Below, in pieces: positions 15,150 to 29,699 of a DNA stretch of 64,000 nucleotides. Origin of the DNA: the human T2T-CHM13v2.0 reference genome, Homo sapiens. How positions within the stretch are numbered: the stretch's first letter is position 1; each line of letters starts with the position of its first letter. The stretch lies in assembly GCF_009914755.1 (NCBI RefSeq), contig NC_060926.1; one strand, 5' to 3'. The notes under the pieces were generated by a model. That model did no database searches. It was given only the letters and a program-made list of their open reading frames with translations, and was not told the DNA's origin. The translations under genes were made by a program, and so were the position numbers.

Positions 15150-16370
15150 AATTTCTGTTTCTTCAGGTTCACTGGCTGGTTTCTCTGCCATATCCAATGT
15201 GCTGTTAAGCCTATCCAGTGAATTTTTCATTTTGATACTATACTTTTTAGTTTCATAATTTGCATGTGATGCTTTTGAAAAATATTTGTTATGGTAAAAT
15301 ATATATAATATAAAATTTTATCCATTTTTAGGTATACTTGGTTCTTTTTTATTGGTTTTATTTCTCTGCTGAAATGCTATTTGGGCATTTATTATGATGA
15401 TCTTTTTCTTTATGTTCTCGGTAATAGCTGCCATAAGGTACATGTATGAATCATCTCAGAGTCTGTTCTATTGGCTGCTCTTTCTGTGGACTTTGGTTTA
15501 TATTTTTCTGTTTCTTTACATTTCTAAGAAATTTTTTACTGTATGTTAGATATAGATGACACACTGTAGAGACTCTAGATTCTGTTATCTTCTTCTGAAG
15601 AGTATTGACCTTTTTTCTAACAGTTAAATCAGTAGCTGCTCACATTTATCTAGTGAAGGCTTGGTTTGATGTTTTGTTAGAGAGTGGATCTATTTTGGTT
15701 TTGTTCTTAATCCTTAGGTGACTTCCTTAGTATAGGGATATAATATTTACTCCTAAAACGTGGTCCTTTATGGATTTCTGTGGAAAGCCTGAGGTGTTAC
15801 TAATCTGCTTTTATTTGATGGGGTTCAAACTCGAAACTCTTTGTCTCATGTAATGAGCAGTAGAAGAAATCCTTATTTTTGCTTTCCAGCTGTTACTTTC
15901 CACTGGGTTTTTTGGAGTCTTCCCCATGCATGTACAGTTTAGGTGCCAGCCTAGGTCGGAATCAATATACAAATATTGTAACTCCTGCTTTGTATTTTCT
16001 TCCTTTCTGGGCCCCCCCTCCCTGACCCTCGATTTTCAGCCATTCTCTCAACCCTGAATTCTGGCCTCTGATACTTCAAGCAAGTAAGACTGTGGCTTTC
16101 TGCTTAAGTTCTACTTGCTCATATACCATTGTACCTCAGGAGAGCCATATAAACGTAGAATTATATGTTGCCCAGTGATGTTATCTTCTTTCAAGGGTCA
16201 AATCCTCACTCTTTCTATTTCTGCCTTCATTTGGTCACTCTCTAATATGTCTTCAAATAATTGTGTTTTGCTTATTGGCTTTAGTATTTTTTCACCATTT
16301 ACAGTTGTTGTCAGTGAGAGAGTCAGTGTGATTTAAGTTATTGATTAATTACTTGAATTGGAATTACTGG
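15150..16370 (-). mobile_element. Ancient L1ME-type 5'/ORF1 fragments (approximate)
   Basis: T-rich antisense L1M-like text, e.g. CTGTTAAGCCTATCCAGTGAATTTTTCATTT. Confidence 0.5.
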
Positions 16371-16429
16371 GTCTTTTTACTTTCATATTTACCTGTTTGC
16401 TTTATTATTTCATTTCATCATTAGTGTAG

Positions 16430-16620
16430 TCACTTTGACCTAGGTTGGATTCCTGGTTCTGCTGTTTATTACTGTGTTACTCCAAATTTCTGATCTTCAG
16501 TGTTCCTGTATGTAAAGTGGAAATGATCATATGTATCTCAGAGTTGCTTTAGAATATTAAATGTGAAAATATACGTAAAGCATGTGACACATAACCTAGA
16601 AGTTGACACTTGTAAATACT
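16430..16620 (+). mobile_element. MIR
   Basis: GGATTCCTGGTTCTGCTG...CTGTGTTAC...GTAAAGTGGAAATG...TATTAAATGTG. Confidence 0.65.
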
Positions 16621-18109
16621 ACTTCCCTTTATTACCATAATTATTCTATAAGGTTGGAAGGTCAAATATTACTATATGGGATGAATCACTTAAGACCTTA
16701 CTACTAGATACCAGAAGTACAGTTTAATTATATTAAATATGTAAGGTAAGTTTATGCCTGCCAGAGGTTCATTTCTATATTACACACACATATATATATA
16801 TATATTCATTTCCATATTATCACATCAAGAAGAATTAACTGCAATTCTGAGGAAATATAGAAAAATAAGTAGGGCATTACTGCATGGCCAGTGTTCTGGG
16901 CTGTGTCCTTTTTCTCTTCTGGGTACACTTAAAGCCAGCCCACTGTTAGGTCGCCAGAAGATATTACTGCAGTATTTCTTTTCTATCAAAGAAGAATGAG
17001 TCTAAGGAAGTTTCTGATTTTAGAGTCAGATGGAATTTCCAGTGAGAAACCAGGCCCAGTGAAATAAATATGTGTGTATGTGATCAGTGAAGAATGTATT
17101 AAAAAACTACCACTATATAATGAGCTATTCTATTGTCAGAGTTTCCTTATGACTAAAAAGTGAGTGATTTGTACCCTTGCTAAACATGTAATTTTAAAAA
17201 CTGCTTATTGAATGGTCTCTGCAATGAGTAGTTAACGTGTCTGTCCTGCCTATTAGAATCATATTTTGAATGTGTGTATGTATAGATTGTTTTGTGTTAT
17301 TTTTAAGCAGTGCATAGGATTTTATGTGTGGGTTTCAAAAACGTTTTGCTATAGTGGAAGTAATGTTATGCTGAAGACAACAGGGGAAACTGGTTGAGGT
17401 TGCATTAACTCTCTCTGTAAGCATTATTACAGTTGCCATTCACATTTATGCCTTTTCAAATAGAAGCCCATCAATCACGTAAACTTAGGGCCAGATTCTG
17501 ATCTCTAATGCATAGCATGAATTGCTACATATCTTTTTTCCACCAAAAAAAAAAAAATGCTCAGTAACATCTGAGATTAAAATCTGTCCTTTCAAATTGA
17601 TTTTATTTTTATCTAGACTAAGAAGCAAAGTATAGTGTCAGTCCTGTCAGGACGTGATTTCTTTTTTTATATAGAATTCTTACAGAATCAATTGTTTATG
17701 TATTTCTGTAATCATAATAGTAGCTCTGAGAAATATAGAAAAATTATTGTTATACTTTTTAAAATGGAATCTTTTTATCTCTATGCAATCACATGTGCTA
17801 ATGTAGATTGTAGGGAAAAGCTGTATTATTAAAAATAAATTACCTAAGGTTATAATATATGAAAAGCAAACAAACCTGTTTACGTAGATTATTCTGTTTA
17901 TCAGAATATATTTTATATTTTCCATTAAAATTTAACAATCATATTAAACCTTACCAATAAAGTAAAATATTTAAAATAATAAAGCTATCTTGTTTTGGCA
18001 TTTGTGTGAGGGTTTTTTTTAAAGTTGTAAGATAATTGACAAAAAATTGGAAGATAACATTTTTATTTAAATTTTTTCTTACCCAAGGAAAATTAGTTCA
18101 GTTTATGTA

Positions 18110-19140
18110 TATTTTTATATTTAGCAGTGTATATTGAAAACTTGTTATGACCAACGCTCCAGGCTAGACCTTTTTCGGGGACCCAAGAAGATGAATCTGT
18201 TATCACCCGGCCTCAAAGAAGCATATAGTTTAGTAGGACAAACAAAAGCACACATATCACACATAGATAAGTATAGAGTGGAGAAACTTTCAGACTGTAC
18301 TTCTTAGCACTATGATTCTATAGAAAAATCTGGCTATGTGTCTTTTTTTATGTGTATTTCTGAATTACAAGTGATCTTTAAGGGAACCTAGCATATTGCC
18401 TGGAACATAGTAGGTGTTCAAAAATGTTGAAAGAATGGGCGAATATTCTCTAGTGCCTGGGATAAGACAGCATGCTAGATGTAATGTGAGCCTATGTATG
18501 TATGTTAACTGTCTCTGCTGGAAAACAAAGTACTTTAGAATTAAACTGATTTTATCTGGCTTTCACCATTTTATAGAACAAAATAGGCAAATTATTTCTT
18601 TGAACTCTGGTTTCTTCATCTGTAAAGTATGGTGACAATACCTATCTTATAAGTTTGTTGTGAAGAGTGAATGAGATAATGTATGTAAAGCTTATATTGT
18701 TATAGTGGCTATAAGAGTTTAGTTGAGAAATTAGTGTTACAGTTACTATTACTATTATTTTTACTAATAAAGGGTGGGTAAAAGTACCACATTATGAGAC
18801 AGTAGTTAAACCATAACATTGACTTTGCATGTGTATAAGAAGCAGAATTTTTGTTTTGAATAGGTAGCCCTTCATTCAATCTATATTATGTGAGTTTTTT
18901 TAATTAAGGAAATATGTCATGAGCTATAAAATTAATTCATTATTTTACTTTGTACTTGATCATTTTGTCTTTGTATGTTGAAAACTCAAATAAGTGCTTA
19001 GGAATTAGTATTTACTTTTTAAAAATGTATTCATTCAACAAATATTTACTGAGTGCTATTTGCCAAGCATTGTAGTGGGCACTGGTGACACAGCAATAAA
19101 CAAGGCTGATGAAGTCTCTGCCCTCAAAAAGTTTACCTTT
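18110..19140. mobile_element. Cluster of L2 3' ends (~18110-18280 -, ~18330-18440 +, ~19029-19135 -) and a MIR (~18520-18760 +)
   Basis: L2 tail motifs TGCCTGGAACATAGTAGGTGTTCAAAAATGTTGAAAG and TTCATTCAACAAATATTTACTGAGTGC; MIR core TTCTTCATCTGTAAAGTATGG. Confidence 0.65.
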
Positions 19141-19516
19141 TCTGTTTCATTTTTAATGGACCTGGATTTGCAGGTCTGGCCCTTCAAAGCTGGTTCACAG
19201 ATGGTTAATGGTGTCCTAAACAGTGTGCTTGAGATGTAGGGAGTAGTTGTCACAGGAGTGAGACATGCGAGGTTTTTTTTCCTATGACCCATGAATCATA
19301 ACCAGGCCAAATACCAACTGTAAAAAGTTACTACATTCAAGCCTACATTCCTGGAAATTATATGTAATTGTTCTCCTTTGCCATCTTAAGATAAATTTTA
19401 GAGCATGCTTTACAAAATTATGAGGGCCTACGTACAAATGAATAACAGAGTTAGTTAAGGAAGGCACATGATCACTATTGAATCTAACTTGTTAGCAATA
19501 TTTTACTTAGAAGTTA

Positions 19517-20043
<527 letters not shown>

Positions 20044-20479
20044 TTAAGTTTCTTTTTATCTTTTGAGTATTAGAAAACCTTGGGCTTTGGGCTGGTACCT
20101 AGGTTCACAGTTATTTTCTGTTTGGAAATTTTCTTCTAACTCTCCCACCATTAATCACCTTATAGCTAAGTTTATGGTGAAAACATTCTACTAAGCAGAA
20201 TAGACTATCACTTCTTATTTTCTATGCTTTCCTGTTTGTTTACATGAGACATTAAGTAAACTAAGAGGATACAGTTTTCTTGCTAATTTAATTTCTTACT
20301 AATAGGAGAATTTGGGCAAGTTTACTTAATCTCTTTTGCTTAGCTGTAAAGTATAGATGACAATATTAAACTGATTGGTATGTGATTCAGATTTCAAAAT
20401 GAAAATGAAGTCATAGGATACATGAGGTTTCATGTAGTTATTATTGGCAAGAAGAGAGATGATCATTAATGATAGAAAT

Positions 20480-20710
20480 TGCTGTTAATTGAGCATTTTT
20501 AAGTGCCCTATGCTACATATAGATTATAGTTAGGCCTCAAAATAAATCTGCATGATAGGAATCATTATTTCCAGATTCTGTATAAAGGAATATACTCTAA
20601 AAAACATTAACTGACTTGCCCAAGGACTTTCAAGTTAGTCAGTTAGTGAGCCAGAATTCAAATTGGGATTTGTATATATCGGAATCCAGCACTCATAACA
20701 TTACATTGCC
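20480..20710 (-). mobile_element. MIR
   Basis: ATTGAGCATTTT...CTGACTTGCCCAAGG...GAGCCAGAATTCAAA. Confidence 0.65.
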
Positions 20711-20896
20711 TTTCTTGGGTGCTAAAACACAGAGTGGAGTGAAAATGCACATGCAACCTTAGATTCTCTATTATGGCCTTACTCTCTTCTCCTTTTAAAA
20801 TTTTTATTCATGTATTATGTGTACATGTTAAATAGTACTGAGTGCCCCAACCCTTGGAATTCATCTACAGATAACTGCTTTTAATTGTTTGCTACT

Positions 20897-21210
<314 letters not shown>

Positions 21211-22269
21211 TCAGGTACCTGTTTCTAAATGTTTTTTTAAAACTGCTATCTCTAGGTTTACCAATATGAGACATTATAGAAAGAAGTTATAGATCATTTG
21301 TCTATTATCACGGATGATGACTTAGCATACTTTTACCACCTAATACCTCTTTGTTATCCCATCCTTGAAATATAGTTAGTTAAACCAAAGACAAATGTTT
21401 ACCTTATTGATGTTATATAAATATTATTCTCTGCAACACCAAATAGTTATAATTACATTTCCTTTCCTGTAAAGCTTTTTTTAAATTGTCTAGAGTTTTT
21501 CTCTCATTCTGTCATCAGCTTTTTAGAATATAGAAAAAAATGTCTTCCACCTATTTCTTTTCCTGTCTCTATCACTGTTTCTTGAAACCATGGTTGGTAT
21601 AAATATTACTTTTTATTCAGTTTGTTTCTTGAATAAATTTTGCAGCAGATTTTCTTGCAGACTGTATGACTTATCTGTGTCAGAAATTAATTTTAGTTCT
21701 TAAAGAGCCTCTGTCCTTGTTTCCAAAAGTTTACCAAAAACTACATTTGAGCCATTTTGAATAAAATACACAAGCTTTAAAACAAACATTGGCAATCTTT
21801 TTTTCACATCAAATAACCTTTATGGTAGGAGGAATATTTTAATCAGGCCATCCTTTAAATAAGTTACCATGGGTTTTCAGCACATAACCAGAGAAGATAG
21901 TAGCCCAAAGCCAGTTCAGATATTGAGTTCCTTTAACAAACATAACAGCTACCTAGGGACATTCTAAATTTAAGCTTGTACAGCGTATTGAGTGGTGATA
22001 TACAGTGGTAAGTCCACTGAGCCTAACAATTTATAAAATTATAAATATTATATAAGAGCCAACAATTAACACTGTCTTTTCCTTGGGGTTATGTGGAGGG
22101 TGGGATGGGGGCTACAACTGTTCACTTTTATACTTCCATACCATTTGAATTTTTTTCAAAATGAGTATTTGTTTATTTTTGAAACCAGAAAGAAAAAGGA
22201 TTAAAGATATTCTAAAAGAAATAATGTAAAGGATAAAGCTGAGGGGAAAAAAATAAAATTTAAACTTTA

Positions 22270-23690
22270 TGTCTTGGTAGTATGGTGAAGTTAGGTACCC
22301 TGACATCTCATGATAAACAACTAAAAACAATGTGAAATATAAAAATAGTGTTTATATGCAGCTATGAACTGGAAAGATGGCAAATACTAAGAGGCTAAAA
22401 CAAACAAACACAAACCCTACATAAAAGTAGTGTTCAGAGAGGTAAGCCTTAAGGATACTTGCTGAAGCTGGTAAATTCTGGGTTACAATTTTGTTTTCAT
22501 GGCCTCCTATTGAAAGAGTAACAAGAGACTGTCAAAATCGTGGACTCATCCAAGATGGAGAGTCTATACTTAAGGTCCCGTCAGTACGGACGTCCAAATA
22601 TCTACATCTTTATTGGAAGGGTACCTAGTAAAATCAGCTATCACTTCCCATGACACTGCAAGGAAAATTGGTTAATTTAAACCTTGACATTGAGCATAGG
22701 AATGAAATATCTCTTTGATCATTTGAATATCAAGCTGGTATTGTGGGTTTGCTACTGAAGTTCACACTACATAAGTGATACCAAAAAACAAAACAGAACA
22801 AAAAACAAAAATTAAAGCCAAGAACTTAAGGTAGTCCCACGTAGCTGGCAGAAGCAAACATAAATTCTCATTGAAGAAATCTACCTTCAATATAGGACCC
22901 CAAAAATTTCCACAGGTAAAATTCCCCCAAAATATGAATTTACTGTCAAAAATTAAAAACCAAGGCATCATGAATGAGTGTCAGAAACTATATTCCAAAG
23001 AAGCAGACTCATAAATATTTTATATATTAAAAATTATCAGGGAGAATATAAAATGTCTGTTTAATAAAGAAATATGAGATTAAAGATAATGATATGACAT
23101 TCCTGAGGAAGAAGAATAAAGTAGGGAGACTTATAAGATATGAAGGTTAATATAACGCTTTAGTGACTAGTAGAGTGTGATACTGGTAAAAGATAGACAG
23201 ACTGACCAGTGGAACAAAATAGATTGCTTAGAAACATCTATCTATAGGTGGTAAGTTGGTATATAAAAGAGGATATAAAATTAGGTATATAAAAAAGAGG
23301 TATATAAAATTAGGATAAGGGTTGACTTTTCAATAAGTATACTGGGATCATTGATTATCCGTTAAGAGGAAAATGAAATTTGACCCCCTACTTTATATCA
23401 TATGTAAATATCAACTCTAAGTGGAATAGAGACTTAAATATGAAAAGCAAAACTATACAAATTTTAGGAGAACATCTTTCGAGTAGAGAGAAAATGAAAA
23501 AGCCCATTAAGGAAAATATTGTTAAATTTTATTGAATTACAATTGTGATATTCTTTTCATCAAGAGTCACCTTAATAAGAATGAAAAGACAAGTTGCAAA
23601 TTAGTGAAGACATTCACAATATATCTAATTGAAAAAGAATTATTACAAGTTAGTATAAAAAAGACAAAATTGGAAATTTGGCAAAGACTT
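22270..23690 (+). mobile_element. Ancient L1ME-type fragments (5' region and ORF2 3' part; approximate)
   Basis: GATAGACAGACTGACCAGTGGAACAAAATAG and TTTGACCCCCTACTTTATATCATATG are L1 ORF2-like. Confidence 0.6.
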
Positions 23691-24191
23691 TTTGTGTCTT
23701 AATCTGACTTTGCTTTCCAATAACCCTTTGTTTCTGATCATCTCAACCTGTTTGACCACCTGCCTACCCATAAAAGGGGCAAAATCCACTGCCATGAGTT
23801 CTTCAGTTATTGTTTTGGAAAAAACAATAAGTAAAATAATTAAAAGGAAAATTTAAATCAGCATACTGAAAAAGTTACTCCTGAGCTTACTCACTTTCAT
23901 ATCTTTTTCTCTACCCCCACACAATTTTATTATTCCCTTCTCTCAGCTTCTGACTTTTGACACAGTTCATTACATTGCATTCACTCTTCTTGTATAGTAT
24001 CATGTAGATACTGTACTATATACTGGAGAATTACCACTGATAGTTTTCCCCTGACATGACTTATATAAATATATATCATTTTTGTGTTGATAAGTCTTTT
24101 AAAATTGTGCTTCTTTTTAATTGTGAATTTTGTGGGCAGTATTATTACTTACCTCACTCTTTTTCCTCCTGCCTTCTATTACTATCTGAAT

Positions 24192-24385
24192 CAGTGGTTC
24201 TCATCCAGGGGAATTTTGCCTCCTAAAGGAACATTTGACAATATCTGGAGACATTCTCAATTGCCATTACTGGTGGGGTTTGACTGCAGGCCAGGGATGC
24301 TGCTTCACATCCGACAGTGCACAGGATAACCCTCCACAGCAAAGTATTATATAAAATGTAAATAGCGCCGCAGTTGGAAACTCAG
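24192..24385. mobile_element. MER20 (hAT-Charlie)
   Basis: CAGTGGTTCTC...GGGGAATTTTGCC...ACATTTGACAATATCTGGAGACATT...GGCCAGGGATGCTGCT. Confidence 0.85.
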
Positions 24386-24554
24386 CTTTTAACTTTTTTT
24401 CCGCTACTTTCTTATTATGCTTGTCTTCTGTTTTTGGCTCTACCTCTCATAACTACCCTCGTAGACCCACTCATCTTCCTAATACAATAAAGAATATGTT
24501 CTCATTTGGCTACTACAATTAATATATAGCCATAAGATACAACTTTTTCAAGCA

Positions 24555-24851
24555 AGATCATGTCTTTTGTTGGAACATGGATGGAGCTGGAGGCCATTAT
24601 CCTTAGCAAACTAATGCAGGAACAGAAAACCAAATACCACATGTTGTCACTTATAAGTGGGCACTAAATGATGAGAACTCATGGACACAAAGAGGGAAAC
24701 AACATACACTGGGGCCTACTTGAGGGCGGAGGTTGGAAGGAGGGAGAGGATCAGAAAAAATAACTACTGGGTGACAGCAATAATCTGTACAACCAATCCC
24801 TGTGACACAAGTTTACCTGTGTAACAAACCTGCACATGGACCCCTGAACCT
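24555..24851 (+). mobile_element. L1PA15/16-type 3' end fragment without poly(A)
   Basis: ACATGGATGGAGCTGGAGGCCATTATCCTTAGCAAAC...AACAAACCTGCACATGGACCCCTGAACC. Confidence 0.85.
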
Positions 24852-25074
24852 TCTTCTTTGCTGGGCCCCACAGAATAGTACTGAAAGTGGGTAATGGATT
24901 GGCAGAAACAGGTTTAATTGAAGACAACTAGGGCTTTTCTGCTTTTGAAGATCAGGGCTTTTTCTCCATAGAGATTATGAAATTTAGACCAATTAACATA
25001 ACGTGATGAAAAACTTCACCAGATAGTAATCTTACCTTGTTTTTCATTTCCGGACTTCATGGAAAAGTAACATT

Positions 25075-25300
25075 TAATGAGTGGCTAGTTTTATGTGCTA
25101 GTCATTATACTATGGTGGTGCATTCAGAGAGCTAGCTTGTTAATTCTCAGAACAACTCTAAGAGAAATGTTATTATTCTTATTTCACAGAAAAGAAAGCT
25201 GGGACTTAAAAGAAAAGTAGATGTAAATGCCTTGCCCAATGTCACTCGGAGGAGCCTGATCCCAAGTTTTCTAACTCAAGTTTAGTGTTCTTTCTGCTGC
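25075..25300 (-). mobile_element. MIR
   Basis: AATTCTCAGAACAACTCT...ATTTCACAGAAAAGAAAGCTG...CTTGCCCAATGTCAC. Confidence 0.65.
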
Positions 25301-26374
25301 CCTATTTTGCCACTTCATCACTTGCAGCATGCATGCCTGTTTCATCTAGTTCTTTTTAAAGCTTTTGCTATCTGGAAAATAAATTATTTTTAAAATAGTG
25401 GGGTTTTTTAATGTGGTTTTTGTTTTTTGCTTTTTTTATTTTTTACCCTGACACAATTCAGAGTGCCTAGTATAGTGCTATAGGTACTAAAAAACGCTTA
25501 ATAAATATTCTTTTAAAATAAAAAAGGGTGTCGGGCAAAAGGGTGCAAAAGGCAGGAGTGCCTGACCTCTTCAGAACAGTGCAAGAAGTCTGCCAGAGCA
25601 ATTATTTTATAACAAAAAGGGCTAGATTTTTCAGTCTAAATAAGGACTTAGTTAACATTTCCATTCGACTCGAGAAATACTGTACTTCAGAAGCCCTTGT
25701 TACTTGATGTATTTGAATCGTTTATTTCACTGATTTTTTTCCAGTTGCAGTGAAGTTAAATGTCATAATAAGAAAGCCAAGAATTTCCATGCATTATGGG
25801 CTTACCTGTGACTCATCATTCTTATCATCAAAATACAACATGATTGGTCTTCATTTTCATAATTTTGTTTTACAATGAGAAAAAAGCATTTGAAAGTATT
25901 TAATACCCATTTATGATATTAAAAATAAAGTTCTCAGTAACTTGTACCTCATAAGCCAAAGTAGAATGGCTAACATAAATTTATTCATAGTATACATTTT
26001 ACGTAATTCCTATTCAATTGAAAATACCTCTTGGTCATAATTCTTGAAGAGTTGTTATTTTTCAGAGTCATTCCTTCATATTTTAAGGTGTTCCAAATTC
26101 TGCGTATTTAGTTAAATGTTAGTATGTGTAAAAATGTTTAAAAGATAACATTTAGCAAATGTACCTATGGTCAACAATTAATGCAATTGTTGACTTTTCT
26201 AACATTTGACTGCTGTATGCCCAAAAAGACAGGTCATTTTGAGAGGGAAAGAAGTAATCTTTGCAATTTCCCTGCCTTGCTATCACGAGTGAGATATCAG
26301 CGCAAAATAATAATTGTATTAGATAAATGAGTACATTTTAGAAGTTACATGAATAATCCAACTCAAAATGATTC

Positions 26375-26592
26375 TCAGCCAAGTGTGGTAAATTTTGTTT
26401 TCCCGCACCTCACTCCTGCCAGAGACAGTTTGGAAATGTGTAGAGGCATTGTTGGCTGCCACAGTGATTGGAGAGAGAGAGCTATCAAGAGCGTCCAGGA
26501 ATATAACATTTTCAGTGGATCAGGGGATAGTTCCATAGAACAAAGGCTTTTGCTGTCCAGAGTATCTGAAGTGTCCTCATTAAGAAACACTG
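26375..26592. mobile_element. hAT-Charlie MITE (MER20/MER3-like)
   Basis: GACAGTTTGGAAATGTGTAGAGGCATTGTTGGCTGCCACAGTGATTGG...AAGAAACACTG terminus. Confidence 0.5.
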
Positions 26593-26882
26593 TCTGGTCA
26601 CGGTGACTCACGCCTGTAATCCCAGCACTTTGGGTGGGTGAGGTAGGCTGATTGCTTGAGCCCAGGAGTTCAAGACCAGCCTGAACATAGCTAGACACCC
26701 TCTCTACAAAATACAAAAAAAATAGCCAGGCATGGTGGTGTGCACCTGTAGTCCCAGCTACTGTGGAGACTGAAATGCGAGGATCACCTGATCCTGGAGA
26801 AGTTAAGGTTGCAGCGAACCCAGATCATGCCACTGCACTCCAGCCTGGGTAAAAGAGTGAGATCCTGTCTCAAAAGGAAAAA
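26593..26882 (+). mobile_element. AluJ
   Basis: Dimer; TSD AAGAAACACTG at 26582-26592 and 26883-26893. Confidence 0.9.
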
Positions 26883-26988
26883 AAGAAACACTGAAAGATA
26901 CAGACTCATATTCTAGTTATGAATAGGTGTGAAATACCAGATATCATGTATCTTTATGGAAAACCTCTGCAAGTTAGTGGATCTTTAA

Positions 26989-27366
<378 letters not shown>

Positions 27367-28055
27367 TGAACTATTGTTATGGACGTTTTTCTCTAGTGTT
27401 CACTTTTTAAAAGAAGGCCCAGAAATGGAAATCGGGACTTAATCTCCTATTATGAGGAGATTATTGGGGTTTGGGTTCTGAAACTCAGCAGTAAAAATTG
27501 GCTTAGATCTAAGTAAAAAAGATTCACCTAATGGCCTGGTACTTCATGCAAAAGGTCAAAATAAAAAGCAGAGGGAACTCTACTAGGAGATTGTAACACC
27601 ATCATCTTCACTACAGACTGAGAAAATTGATAAAGAATTGAAATATATTGACCCCCTACTCTTTCCTAGGCATTGAAAAAAGACCTTTATATGTAGTTAT
27701 TCATTTATTTGTACAGTAAAATTTCACTGTAATGTACAATAGGAAAACTGCTGGGGAAATATATAGCTCTTACAATCCAGGGACATCAAGTATGATAATG
27801 GAGACAGAGAAGCAGTCAGTTGTAACTATATATGACAAATGCTATAATATGTAGTACATATTGGTTGCTGTAAGGGCATATACAGGCATACCTCAGAGAT
27901 ACTGCAGGTTCGGTTTCAGACCACCCCAGTGAAGCAAATGTTGCAATAAAGTGAACCATAGGATTTGTTTTGTTTTCCCAATGCATATAAAAGTTATCTT
28001 TATTCTATACTGTAGTCTATTAAGTATGCAATCTCATTATATCTTTAAAAGCTAT

Positions 28056-28395
28056 TGTCAGGTTCTAACTGAGGTCCGAGGGGAGTCAGTGGGTGAGTGG
28101 CGGGTAGCTGGAAAAACACTCAAGGAATTGTAGACAGTTTCAACATGGCTTTACTCTCTCTCTGGGCATGAGCAAGCCATATGTAGAGCATTAGCAGGGT
28201 AATTATACCTTTTACAGACAATAGTGGCTCCAAGCCAAGCACGAGCTCATGTGGTTGATCACCTAATGTGACTCACGTGACATGGTTACATAAATGTGCG
28301 GGGTTGTGCACCTGCACTCCAAACCTGCTGAGTCATGCTGCGCTGGAAGTCTACCCCAGCCTACTCCTGACTAAAGCACAGCCATTTCCCTTACT
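28056..28395 (-). repeat. 3' LTR (LTR18A)
   Basis: GTAAGGGAAATGGCTG...AGAACCTGACA on the minus strand; about 85% identical to 33955-34293 by hand alignment; degenerate polypurine tract adjacent. Confidence 0.9.
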
Positions 28396-28399
28396 TTCC

Positions 28400-29650
28400 A
28401 CGCTCTAGGCCAGGGGCACCCTCTGGGCAGGAACACATACCCATAGGGCAGAGTCCTGAATCCATAACTCACAACAACAATACAGAGAGGAACAGCTCAC
28501 TACTAGGATCCCAGCTATGCCACTCATGACTATTAGGGCCCAGCATAGGCCAGAGCCTAGGGATGCCCACCCTCTCTGCAGGGGTTCATCAGCAAGGCTC
28601 TTGACTGCCTTAATCTCCCATGACCCACTCGCAGGGCTGCTATTATGTTCTGCTGATTGTTAGGGATAAAGGTAAAACATTGTGTTCCTAAAAGGGCACA
28701 GGTGCCTCCTTAGGCAGCAGTTACTATGTTTAAGGCCATTTAGTTTTGCAACACCACCTTTCTGATCTAATCAACCTCATCCATTAACAGGAGGAGTGCC
28801 ACTCAGGTGGAATTCAGAACCTGAGTGGTGTGCTGTGCAAGAACAGTAACTTGTACTTCTACAGTTATGACACCTGCTCCAGGGATAGTCATTGTCAAGG
28901 GGTAGAACCACCAGGGGGCTCATCACAATCGCAGAAGCTGAGAGCATAGCACCTCCCATTTATGCAGGCATCTGGGCAACATGAGGAGAACAGTGGCAGG
29001 TACATAAGGTCACCCCCAGGTACAACGTCTGCTGGTAGGTAAGGCCACCCTGTGTCCTCACAGACCCATAAACTCCTAAGGGGGCACAAAATCCATCAGG
29101 GACCAACCTTGGTGGGACTGCTTGTTCCACCATATGTTCAGTGTGATGACATGTGTTATGTTTACACAGGCTGCGATGGGTATCCATCCCACACAGTGGT
29201 GTTACCACAGTGTTGCTCTATGCACTGCGGTGCTTGGGCTGGGGGTACTACATGTTCCCCCACGAGCCAGCCCCACCCATCATAAACACTATGGGCCAGC
29301 CAGGGGGCAGGCGTGCTGTGGGTCTTGCAGTGTCCTTTGTCCAAAGCTTGCTGCATCATGTTCCAGGCATTGTTATGGAACCCCAAGTCTCCAGCCATGT
29401 CCAGTTCTCTGCAGATGCTGAATGCATGTGCCAAGGCACAGCTGCTGCTGGAAGGGTGGTACAGAACCAACAGCTGGAAACATTGGTCATCTCAGCATAG
29501 GTGTGGGCCCAGTCCACAATGCAGTTGGAGCATGTTAACCTACGGTCAAAACGACAGAGCAGGCACAAGTACTAACAAAGGTAGATCATGTCCCTCAGGC
29601 AACATAGAAGCTAACTTTTTGTCCCGGGATAACAATGCAGCTGCCAAGGG
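28400..29650 (-). pseudogene. env: env remnant (gamma-type SU-TM)
   Basis: SU CWFC at 29461-29472; decayed furin site CGA TTG TGA TGA (R-L-R-R if CGA>TGA) at 28920-28931 followed by APWWFYPL; ISD/CX6CC-like LQN*MALNIVTAA*GGTCALLGTQCFTFIP at 28662-28751; env start approximate. Confidence 0.85.
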
Positions 29651-29699
29651 CTTCTGCCCTGGGCAGTCGTACCACACCTTCTCAGCTCCCCGTGGTTCC

